The notes beneath the pieces are model-generated. The model had not been told where the DNA came from. It saw nothing but the letters and a program-made list of their open reading frames with translations, and searched no databases. Positions 9,677-17,604 of a stretch of 51,675 bases of DNA are shown piece by piece. The stretch comes from Spirochaetia bacterium (lineage in GTDB: Bacteria > Spirochaetota > Spirochaetia > DSM-27196 > Salinispiraceae): assembly GCA_038204425.1 (NCBI GenBank), contig JBBRCZ010000016.1, positions 1-51,675 on the forward strand, in the 5' to 3' direction. Positions within the stretch are counted from its first letter, which is position 1. Each line of letters starts with the position of its first letter. The translations under genes were made by a program, and so were the position numbers.

Positions 9677-11458
9677 CTATTTGCGCACGACGGCGTCGAA
9701 CTTACAGACGTTAAAGCATTGGCCACACTTGATACAGGCTGCCTGATCGATAGTATGTAATTGCTTTTTCTCCCCAGTAATACATTTTACAGGACATTTA
9801 CGTGCACACAGCCCGCAGCCGATACACTTCTCAGTAATGTCATACACCACCAAGCTCTTACATACTCCCGAAGCACAGCGCTGGTCGATAATATGTGCCT
9901 TATATTCGTCCAAAAATTTGGTCATCGATGAAATGGCTGGCTGCGGTGTAAACTGCCCCAAACCACAGAGACTTGCACGACGCATAGCAGTACCAATCTC
10001 TACTAGCTTGTCGAGATCTTCCATCTTGCCAGTACCCTTAGTTATTCTGTCGAGAATGTTGAGCATTTTGCGTCCGCCAATTCGGCAAGGAGCGCACTTT
10101 CCACATGACTCTTCCACAGAAAAATCTAAGTAGAACCTAGTAACGTCAACGATACAATCGTCTTCATCCATAACGATCATTCCACCTGAGCCCATCATGG
10201 TACCCAGCTTGGCCAAGTTCTCGTAGTCAATTGGGGTGTCAATTTCTGCTGCGGTGATCATACCACCGGAAGGTCCACCGGTCTGGACCGCCTTAAAGGC
10301 TTTGCCACCAGGAATACCACCACCAATATTGTAGATGATATCGCGTAGAGGTGTACCCATTGGCACTTCAACAAGACCCGAGTTGGCAATCTTACCGGTT
10401 AGGGCAAAAACCTTGGTTCCCTTGGATTTTTCGGTCCCAATGGCAGCAAACCAATCACCACCGCGAGTTAGGATCACCGGTATATTGGCCCAAGTTTCAA
10501 CATTGTTGATAACAGTTGGGCTGCCCCAGAGTCCTTTAACTGCAGGAAAAGGAGGACGAGGCTTGGGCATGCCGCGGTTGCCTTCGATAGACGTCAAAAG
10601 CGCCGTTTCTTCGCCACAAACAAAGGCTCCAGCCCCAAGGCGGATCTCAATTTCAAAGCCAAAGCCCGAATCTAAAATATTGTCACCCAAGAGACCCATT
10701 TCTCGAGCTTGGGCAATGGCAACTTCTATACGATGAATAGCAAGTGGATATTCTGCGCGACAATAGATATAACCGCGTTGTGCTCCAACCGTGTAACCAC
10801 ATATGGTCATCGCCTCAAGCACCGAGTGCGGGTCGCCTTCTAAGACGGAACGATCCATGTAGGCACCGGGGTCACCTTCGTCGGCATTACAAACGACAAA
10901 CTTAGTTTCGGCTGCCACAACTTTAGAGAAGTTCCATTTCATCCAGGTTGGGAAACCAGCACCACCGCGTCCGCGCAAGCCAGATTTCTTAAGTTCGGCA
11001 ATGACATCATCAGGCTTCATTTCAAACAAGGCTTTGCTTAAGGCCAGGTAGCCGTCGCGAGCAATGTACTCACTGATGTCCTCTGGATTGATAAAGCCAC
11101 AGTTACGCAAAACGATTCTAAACTGCTTTTGGTAAAAGCTAAAGTCGTCAGACCTAGCCAACTTTTTGCCTGCTTCTTTATACTGAAGACGGTCAACCAT
11201 ACGACCTTTAACAATATGTTCAGCGATAATTTCTTCGGCGTCCTCTGGTTTTACCTGCACGTAGAACGCGTCTTCCGGCAAAACTTTAACTATGGGCCCT
11301 TTTTCACAGAATCCAAAGCAACCCGTTTTGACGATTTGCACGTCGGCAACTACCCCGTGGGCCTCGGCAGAGCTCTTTAAGTTTTTGAATATTTGATCTG
11401 CATTGCTGGATTCACAACCTGTGCCACCGCAAACCAAAATATAGTGCTTGTATCCCAT
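9677..11458 (-). CDS. hydB: NuoF-like diaphorase subunit (HndC/HydB)
   Basis: GLRGRGGAGFP, NADEGDPG, GAFVCGEETAL, ESCGKCAPCR and C-terminal 2x4Fe-4S; start set to ATG after GGAGG. Confidence 0.96.
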   Translation of the reverse strand: MGYKHYILVCGGTGCESSNADQIFKNLKSSAEAHGVVADVQIVKTGCFGFCEKGPIVKVLPEDAFYVQVKPEDAEEIIAEHIVKGRMVDRLQYKEAGKKLARSDDFSFYQKQFRIVLRNCGFINPEDISEYIARDGYLALSKALFEMKPDDVIAELKKSGLRGRGGAGFPTWMKWNFSKVVAAETKFVVCNADEGDPGAYMDRSVLEGDPHSVLEAMTICGYTVGAQRGYIYCRAEYPLAIHRIEVAIAQAREMGLLGDNILDSGFGFEIEIRLGAGAFVCGEETALLTSIEGNRGMPKPRPPFPAVKGLWGSPTVINNVETWANIPVILTRGGDWFAAIGTEKSKGTKVFALTGKIANSGLVEVPMGTPLRDIIYNIGGGIPGGKAFKAVQTGGPSGGMITAAEIDTPIDYENLAKLGTMMGSGGMIVMDEDDCIVDVTRFYLDFSVEESCGKCAPCRIGGRKMLNILDRITKGTGKMEDLDKLVEIGTAMRRASLCGLGQFTPQPAISSMTKFLDEYKAHIIDQRCASGVCKSLVVYDITEKCIGCGLCARKCPVKCITGEKKQLHTIDQAACIKCGQCFNVCKFDAVVRK

Positions 11459-11474
11459 TGCATTCCTCCCGGTC

Positions 11475-11873
11475 TTATACTTTCTGCTCGACGATGTCGA
11501 CGGCAGGACGGTCGAAAACATGTTCATTCACCAGTTCTTTACCAATGATGTGTTTTTCAATTATTTGCAGAGCGACAGCTCCGTTTACTTTGCCATATAT
11601 AATGTCAGGCATGCCTGGCATACGAACTTCGACACATGGCTCAGCATGGTCTAAACCAAGGCTGCCAGCTTGACGAAGGCTTACATTGACCAAGCCACGT
11701 TTTGCCAGTTCGTCGGCAAAAACTTTGAGCGCCTCTTTGGCACCCGCCGCTATACCACTTGTGCCCATGCCAACAATTACCAGCGCTGTCTTATTGCCGG
11801 TTTCCCGCATTTCCAAACCACCGCGCTTTTCTTCACGCAGCTTTTTTAATGTTTCAAGTGTCATCTTTGCCAT
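11475..11873 (-). CDS. thioredoxin-like (2Fe-2S ferredoxin fold) subunit HndB/HydD
   Basis: VGMGTSGIAAGA...GSLGLDHAEP.VEV...YGKV...IIEKHI; the usual Cys positions appear substituted. Confidence 0.85.
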   Translation of the reverse strand: MAKMTLETLKKLREEKRGGLEMRETGNKTALVIVGMGTSGIAAGAKEALKVFADELAKRGLVNVSLRQAGSLGLDHAEPCVEVRMPGMPDIIYGKVNGAVALQIIEKHIIGKELVNEHVFDRPAVDIVEQKV

Positions 11874-12405
11874 CGCATTCCTCCAATGACTCAAAGTAGT
11901 CTCTTAAGAGTCCGAGCGAAGCCACCGTATCAAGGTCGCCAAGTGCTTCACGAAGCTCCGTGCGCTGAGCGCACCATTCGTTATGGCAGTTTTTTCGCCG
12001 AACCACTAATTCGTACGCGCCTTCAAAGGCACACGCCGAAACCAAAGTTCCCAGTAAATCGCCAAGCGGTGGGCAATCAATGTGGCCAAGCGGCAGTTTA
12101 AAACTCAACTGAGTCCCCTGCCCCGGCACGCTGCTGATCTTCATCTGTCCACCCAAACTATCAACCGCCTGCTTTAGAAAGGGCAAACCCAAACCTTGCC
12201 TTCGATGTGGATGTTTGACCCCATCGCTGACAAAAGGATCCAAGGCACGGACAAGCTGGTCCGGATTCATACCGCAGCCATTGTCCCGTAATTTCACAGC
12301 AAAGTTGGTCAGGCTCTGCTCAATGTCAAGCTCGATTAACGTTGATTTGGCTTCGATGCTATTCTGCAGCACGTCACTCAAAAAATCGGCAATCGAAAAA
12401 TGCAT
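11854..12405 (-). CDS. HATPase_c (histidine-kinase-like ATPase) of hydrogenase operons
   Basis: DVLQNSIEA, DNGCGM, DPF, GLGLPFLKQ, S.PGQGT and HIDCPPLGDL motifs. Confidence 0.9.
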   Translation of the reverse strand: MHFSIADFLSDVLQNSIEAKSTLIELDIEQSLTNFAVKLRDNGCGMNPDQLVRALDPFVSDGVKHPHRRQGLGLPFLKQAVDSLGGQMKISSVPGQGTQLSFKLPLGHIDCPPLGDLLGTLVSACAFEGAYELVVRRKNCHNEWCAQRTELREALGDLDTVASLGLLRDYFESLEECDGKDDT

Positions 12406-12413
12406 TGCAGTTT

Positions 12414-12899
12414 CTATGCCTTGCGATGCTTGGCAATTATTCCTGCCATCTGATCGGGCACAACCTTGCCATAAACTTCGCCGTTGACCGTCAATACTGG
12501 TGCCAAACCACAACAGCCAACGCATCTGACTTGTTCAACAGAAAATTCTCCATCGTCAGTTACTACATTGAGGCCAACACCCAAGAGATCTTGTAGTTCT
12601 TTGATGATGTCACCACCACCCTTGAGGTAGCAGGCCGTGCCCATACAAACGGAAATTTGATTCCTACCAGGCTTCTTGAGCTTGAAGTAATGATAGAAAG
12701 TGATGACTCCGTAAATTTTTGCCAGCGGCACGTCCATAATTTTGGCAAGCTCCATGGCAATCTCACGGGGCACAAAACCATAAATCTGTTGGGTCTTGTG
12801 CAGGATCATAATTAGATTACCCGGTTTGCTGCGCCACTCTTGAACAAAAGCTAAGAGTTCTGGGCTAATCGTAAGTGTTTCTTTGGTATCGACAGGCAT
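12414..12899 (-). CDS. hydC: NuoE-like 2Fe-2S subunit (HndA/HydC)
   Basis: VCMGTACYLKG and RCVGCCGLAPV motifs; AGGAGG RBS before ATG 12899. Confidence 0.95.
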   Translation of the reverse strand: MPVDTKETLTISPELLAFVQEWRSKPGNLIMILHKTQQIYGFVPREIAMELAKIMDVPLAKIYGVITFYHYFKLKKPGRNQISVCMGTACYLKGGGDIIKELQDLLGVGLNVVTDDGEFSVEQVRCVGCCGLAPVLTVNGEVYGKVVPDQMAGIIAKHRKA

Positions 12900-13074
12900 G
12901 GTCCCTCCTTGAATGATACACATCGCTGTTGTTGAATCGGTATTATTTTATTGTATTACTCTTATCTTTTTTTTTCAATACTTGATTATTAAAAATACGA
13001 AATATTGTTATAATAACTAATATAGACTTTTATTTGCACAAACATTAGTATTTATGTATATTTACTTGAAATTA

Positions 13075-13092
13075 ATGTGAACGAAGGTACAA
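13075..13092. promoter_or_regulatory. candidate Rex operator overlapping the rex RBS
   Basis: ATGTGAACGAAGGTACAA, 10/14 informative positions match TTGTGAA-N4-TTCACAA. Confidence 0.4.
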
Positions 13093-13095
13093 TAA

Positions 13096-13788
13096 ATGAA
13101 GGATGAGCTAAATAAAAGTTTGATCACCCGCCTAGTCAAGTACCAACGAGTACTGCGCAAACTCAAATCCATGGGCTTTGTCCAAGTCTTTTCCAATAAT
13201 CTCGCCGATGCGATTGGCGTAAGCCCAGCGACCGTGCGTAAGGACTTTTCGCTCATAAATGTTCCGGGCAACAAACGAGGTGGCTATCAAATAGACACAC
13301 TCACTACTGATCTGGGCAAAGTTTTGGGTGTAACAAAAGATAAAGACGTAATTTTGGTTGGCTGTGGCCGAATTGGCCATGCCTTAATGAACTATTCTGA
13401 ATTTGCCAAAGAAGGCATTAGAATAGTAGCAGGCTTTGATGCCAACGTGCTTTTACATAACGACCAAGCTTCAGTACCGATTTACCCCATGTCAGAGATT
13501 CGCAATTATATAGTCAAGCACCGCATCGAAGTGGGCGTAATCGCCGTGCCAGAAAATAGTGCAACGCAAGTTTTTGACGAAATGATCAAAGCTGGTATTA
13601 AAGGTATACTTAACTTTACCAGCGTGGAACTAAAGTGCCATGGTCGTTGCGAACGTAGCAGCTGCCCCAACCGCTGTAGTATCTCGAATGTAAACATAGG
13701 ACTTGAGCTTGAGAACATCTTCCACTTGGTTACTATGGAATCACGAGATCGAGTGAGTATCGATATCTCACAAAGGATAGAATCATGA
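13096..13788 (+). CDS. rex: redox-sensing transcriptional repressor Rex (with Cys-rich insertion)
   Basis: RL..Y.R.L, VRKDFS, GNKRGGY, VGCGRIGHAL.NY..F and GIKGILNF motifs. Confidence 0.95.
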   Translation: MKDELNKSLITRLVKYQRVLRKLKSMGFVQVFSNNLADAIGVSPATVRKDFSLINVPGNKRGGYQIDTLTTDLGKVLGVTKDKDVILVGCGRIGHALMNYSEFAKEGIRIVAGFDANVLLHNDQASVPIYPMSEIRNYIVKHRIEVGVIAVPENSATQVFDEMIKAGIKGILNFTSVELKCHGRCERSSCPNRCSISNVNIGLELENIFHLVTMESRDRVSIDISQRIES

Positions 13789-14141
13789 CTTACGAGAGAA
13801 TTTTGAGTCTCTTACAAGGCACCATGCACCATAAATGCAACACTGCTGACAGCGCCAGCGATATATCCAACTTTATAGCGGGCGACCTTATGAGCGACAT
13901 CCTAACCCACGAAGATGAGTACTTTGTTTTGGTCACCAGTCTTTCGACCGACCAGACCGTGCGAACTGCAGATTTTGTAGGAGCGCGCGCAGTACTTTTG
14001 GTAAACGGAAAGAAGCCTCAAGCCGGCATGCTAAAATTGGCACAAGAAATCAACATTAGCATTCTAACAACTCCACTGCGCATGTTTACCGTCTGTTGGC
14101 TCTTGGGCAAAGAACTCGAACTAGAAGGTCATAGGCCATGA
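13785..14141 (+). CDS. DRTGG-domain protein
   Basis: AGDLMSDIL...QTVRTA...LVNGKKP; ATGA overlap with rex. Confidence 0.85.
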   Translation: MTYERILSLLQGTMHHKCNTADSASDISNFIAGDLMSDILTHEDEYFVLVTSLSTDQTVRTADFVGARAVLLVNGKKPQAGMLKLAQEINISILTTPLRMFTVCWLLGKELELEGHRP

Positions 14142-14500
14142 AAGCAAGTAAGGTGCAAGAACTACTCCAAGCAGAAGCAATTTTTCCATTGACCGAAGAC
14201 CGCGAGATAGAATGCGCCTGTGGCGCCGACTTGATGAGTGACGTAATGGCTTTTGTAAAGGAACGCGTGGTACTGCTCACGGGCCTGTGTACGCCAGCCG
14301 TGGTTCGCACCGCTGAACTTTTGGATATTCCGATGGTTGTCTTTGTAAGAGGTAAGCGACCAAGCAAAGATATGATAGAGCTGGCCAAGCAAGCAGGCAT
14401 CGGTCTCTACTCAAGCAAGCGTTCAATGTTTGTGAGTTGCGGCATACTTTTTAGCCAAGGTCTAAGCCAGGCAGGCTCCTGTCCAGACGATATGCCATGA
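14138..14500 (+). CDS. DRTGG-domain protein
   Basis: CGADLMSDVM...LLTGL...VRTAELLD...VFVRGKRP...MFVSCGILF. Confidence 0.88.
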   Translation: MKASKVQELLQAEAIFPLTEDREIECACGADLMSDVMAFVKERVVLLTGLCTPAVVRTAELLDIPMVVFVRGKRPSKDMIELAKQAGIGLYSSKRSMFVSCGILFSQGLSQAGSCPDDMP

Positions 14501-14922
14501 CGCTAAGCTTTACGGTGCCTGGAGATGATATCGACCTCGCTGGACAAGCCAGCACCGAGATCAAGAGATTACTCTTGAGCCTAGGGGTCAAGGCCGAGGC
14601 AATCAGGCGCACCGTAGTTGCCATGTATGAGGGCGAGATGAACATAGCCATACACGCTGGCGGTGGTAGCATTGAGGTAAATGTGGACGAATCCTGCATC
14701 AAGATTGACCTGATCGACCATGGGCCCGGAATTGACAACATCGAACTGGCCATGCAGGAAGGCTGGTCGTCCGCACCTGAGTGGGTGCGCGAACGTGGTT
14801 TTGGTGCTGGCATGGGCCTGCCAAACATGCAGCGCAATAGCGACGTTTTTTGGATAGAATCCACAGCGGGACAAGGCACAACGGTTCACTTAACCATCAA
14901 CTTTGAGCAGGCCAAGCAATGA
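14497..14922 (+). CDS. anti-sigma-factor-type Ser/Thr kinase (RsbT-like)
   Basis: AMYEGEMNIAIHAGGG, DHGPGI, AMQEGWS, GFGAGMGLPN and S..GQGT motifs. Confidence 0.9.
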   Translation: MTLSFTVPGDDIDLAGQASTEIKRLLLSLGVKAEAIRRTVVAMYEGEMNIAIHAGGGSIEVNVDESCIKIDLIDHGPGIDNIELAMQEGWSSAPEWVRERGFGAGMGLPNMQRNSDVFWIESTAGQGTTVHLTINFEQAKQ

Positions 14923-16238
14923 AGCATGACTCGGGTGGGTTTGAACGAACATCCTTGTTACACTCGGTTACGCTTGACCCCGTTCTCTGTAAAGGCTGCA
15001 CCACTTGTGTCAAACGTTGCCCAACTGAGGCAATCCGGATCCGCAGCTCAAAGGCCGTCATCAATGAACTACGTTGCATTGATTGTGGCGAATGCATTCG
15101 CCGTTGCCCTTACAAGGCCAAAAAAGCGCTCACCGATCACTTGGAAAAAATCAAAGACTACGACTACTGCGTCGCCTTGCCGGCTCCTTCTTTTTTTGGC
15201 CAGTTTGATTCCAAATATAGCATCGAAGACATTATTGCTGGACTATGCGACCTTGGCTTTGATGACGCTTTTGAGGTCGCTGTCGCTGCTGGTTTGGCAG
15301 CACAAGCTTCAAAGGACTACCTTTCCGCCCACTCGGGTACCAAACCGCTGATTTCTTCGTCCTGCCCTGCTATAGTCCGCTTGATTCAAGTTCGCTTTCC
15401 TTCTCTACTCGCCAATCTCATTCCAGTGCTTGCACCAATGGAAATTGCAGCTCGTTTGGCGCGCAAAGCGATTGTCAACAAACGTCCCGACTTACGAAAA
15501 AAACGGGTTGGTATGTTCTTTATTTCGCCTTGCGCCGCCAAAATGACCGACCTGCACGACCCGATTGGCATTCAGGTTTCGGCGCTTGACGGCGTAATCG
15601 CTTTTAAAGACATCTGGTTGTTAGTACGTGCCGAACTAGGCAAGGCCCGCGTGCAGAGACAAAATGCAGACTTGTCGCAGGTCACTCGCCATACGCCGAG
15701 ACTCTTGAGCGCTGGCTTAGCCTGGGGTCGCACCGATGGCGAAGGTCAATCGATGGGTGTAAAGAAACGCATTTCGGTAGACGGCATTGACCAAGTGGTC
15801 AAAATACTCGAAATGGCCGAAAACGGTTCCTTAAAGGACACTGAGTTTATCGAGGCCATGGCCTGTCCGGCCGGTTGTGTTGGTGGGCCATTGGTCGTGG
15901 AGAATCCCTATGTTGCCAAGGTTAGACTTCTCAACTTGGAAGAAGACACGTTGTTTCCGGCCGAAAATTGCAGCATACTTGACCCACTGCTAGATATTCA
16001 TGATACCTATGCCAAGTTACAGTGGACCTGCCTGCCAACAGAACGAGAAGGACTGAGATTAGCAGATGATAGAACAGAAGCCTTGCGGCGCACTGTCTTG
16101 ATAGAAGAAATTAGCGCACGATTGCCGGGACTTGATTGCGGTTCCTGTGGAGCTCCGACTTGCAGAGCACTAGCCGAAGACTGTAGCAAGGGAGAAGCCC
16201 AAGAAACCGACTGTCTTCTGCGACTTAGACAGTCTTAA
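14919..16238 (+). CDS. putative sensory/group D-like [FeFe]-hydrogenase with C-terminal FeS domain
   Basis: N-terminal 2x4Fe-4S; variant H-cluster motifs SSSCPA, SPCAAK and EAMACPAGCVGG; C-terminal LPGLDCGSCGAPTC. Confidence 0.88.
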   Translation: MKHDSGGFERTSLLHSVTLDPVLCKGCTTCVKRCPTEAIRIRSSKAVINELRCIDCGECIRRCPYKAKKALTDHLEKIKDYDYCVALPAPSFFGQFDSKYSIEDIIAGLCDLGFDDAFEVAVAAGLAAQASKDYLSAHSGTKPLISSSCPAIVRLIQVRFPSLLANLIPVLAPMEIAARLARKAIVNKRPDLRKKRVGMFFISPCAAKMTDLHDPIGIQVSALDGVIAFKDIWLLVRAELGKARVQRQNADLSQVTRHTPRLLSAGLAWGRTDGEGQSMGVKKRISVDGIDQVVKILEMAENGSLKDTEFIEAMACPAGCVGGPLVVENPYVAKVRLLNLEEDTLFPAENCSILDPLLDIHDTYAKLQWTCLPTEREGLRLADDRTEALRRTVLIEEISARLPGLDCGSCGAPTCRALAEDCSKGEAQETDCLLRLRQS

Positions 16239-17284
16239 TCCTGGTTCACTTCACCAGCTTCGGGAACACCAAATGTAGCTGACTCTTGTCTATCGCCCAA
16301 GATCTTGGCAGGAATTTTGTCAACTTGACTTTTTTCTTCACTCGTCAGACCTCGGTCACCGGTCCAGCGCGAAAAAGTATTGGATATCTTAAGAAAACTA
16401 ACCGGATCCAAGACTTGATTGCCAAGCAGCACTTCAAAATGAACGTGGGCTCCGGTTGACATTCCAGTGCTACCCAAAGTGCCTATCGCTTTGCCGGCCG
16501 GCAAATCTTGGCCTTCCACCACAAAAATAGCGCCCATATGGCCATACTTGGTGAAAAAGCCAAAGCGGTGCTCAATGTCAACGTAGTTGCCGTACTCCGA
16601 GTTTCCCTGATAACCAACCTTTATGACTCGCCCGGCGGCGCTGGTTACTACTTCAAGGCCATAGGGGCCGGCAATATCTACTCCCTTATGCAAATACCAT
16701 ATGCCTCTAATTGGGTGAATATTGGGCCCAAATTCCATAGACAAAAAACTTGCGCCTCGGACGGGCCAGCGGTTGGGTATGTAGTCCAAGATGGCCTGGC
16801 GAGTCTTCATCATCGAACTAAACTCATTTAGATAAGCGATAGCGTCTTTTAAACCTAGGTGAACTGACTTAAGTGATTTAGAAGGATCCAAGGATGCCGT
16901 ACTTGCACCAATCAGAAGATCTGCTTGATTGTTTTCTAGCGAATGGGGCAAAGGCATCTGGGAAAAGGCATTATTTATGGCCTGAGAGAAATTTTGATAA
17001 CTACGATCGAGACCGCCTACCTCGTCCTTGACGCGGTTGATGTTGGCCTGCATGTTTTCTGCTTCAATCACAATTCTCTGATTTTGACTAAAGTCACTAC
17101 TTAAAAGAAAAAAAGTACCAAAAAGCAGAACAGAAATCATCATCGCCGAAAAAACGAGAAGTTTGTTGGAAAATCTGAATGAACCAACGCTTTTTTCGCT
17201 CGAGAAAATATGGATAGAGTAGGACTGGCGAAACCACGCGCCAAAGAATCCAAAAACATTTTTATTTGCAGCATGCATACGCAA
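16235..17284 (-). CDS. M23 family metallopeptidase
   Basis: TM anchor, coiled coil, HKGVDI and STGAHVHFEV zinc motifs. Confidence 0.92.
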   Translation of the reverse strand: MRMHAANKNVFGFFGAWFRQSYSIHIFSSEKSVGSFRFSNKLLVFSAMMISVLLFGTFFLLSSDFSQNQRIVIEAENMQANINRVKDEVGGLDRSYQNFSQAINNAFSQMPLPHSLENNQADLLIGASTASLDPSKSLKSVHLGLKDAIAYLNEFSSMMKTRQAILDYIPNRWPVRGASFLSMEFGPNIHPIRGIWYLHKGVDIAGPYGLEVVTSAAGRVIKVGYQGNSEYGNYVDIEHRFGFFTKYGHMGAIFVVEGQDLPAGKAIGTLGSTGMSTGAHVHFEVLLGNQVLDPVSFLKISNTFSRWTGDRGLTSEEKSQVDKIPAKILGDRQESATFGVPEAGEVNQD

Positions 17285-17360
17285 TTAGGTCTATCACTCC
17301 TACCCACTTTAGGCAAGTCAGCATTAAAAAAATGCAACTTGTATGGTTTTTTTGCGTTTT

Positions 17361-17388
17361 TTGACTTGCGCAGCTTTGAGGCTAGTAT
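17361..17388 (+). promoter_or_regulatory. candidate sigma70 promoter of nrdJ
   Basis: TTGACT-N16-TAGTAT. Confidence 0.5.
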
Positions 17389-17405
17389 TATGATCGCTGA
17401 CAGTC

Positions 17406-17452
17406 ACGCTACCTGTAGTGCTGCGGGCAAAACATTTCTACTACGGATAGTG
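17406..17452 (+). promoter_or_regulatory. tandem NrdR boxes
   Basis: acgCTAcctgTAGtg (17406) and ctaCTAcggaTAGtg (17438), 32 bp apart, upstream of an RNR gene. Confidence 0.75.
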
Positions 17453-17456
17453 CCGC

Positions 17457-17487
17457 TTGTGCACAATTGATCCACAGGCTATCCACA
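17457..17487 (+). promoter_or_regulatory. three DnaA-box-like sites at 11-bp period
   Basis: TTGTGCACA, TGATCCACA and CTATCCACA, each 8/9 to TTWTNCACA. Confidence 0.55.
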
Positions 17488-17604
17488 GCTAAGCGTACTA
17501 CAGCCGCGACCTGGGAGGGGAACGGCCCGACCACCGGCCCCGTTGGGGCAAACCCGGGAGGGGAACTATTTTGACAAGGCGCGCCAGGCGCTGGAGGATT
17601 CTAT

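Noticed and set aside
13001..13041. Additional Rex operators in the divergent spacer
   Set aside because: Only half-site matches (TTGTTA, TGCACAA) in very AT-rich DNA; not distinguishable from chance by eye.
17457..17487. Replication origin (oriC)
   Set aside because: Only three imperfect DnaA boxes, no dnaA/dnaN/gidA context, and the position in an RNR promoter explains them.
17501..17598. Cobalamin or c-di-GMP-I riboswitch
   Set aside because: GGGAA and GGCAAACC fragments are present, but the B12-box, GCCACTG and GAAA/receptor elements could not be found.
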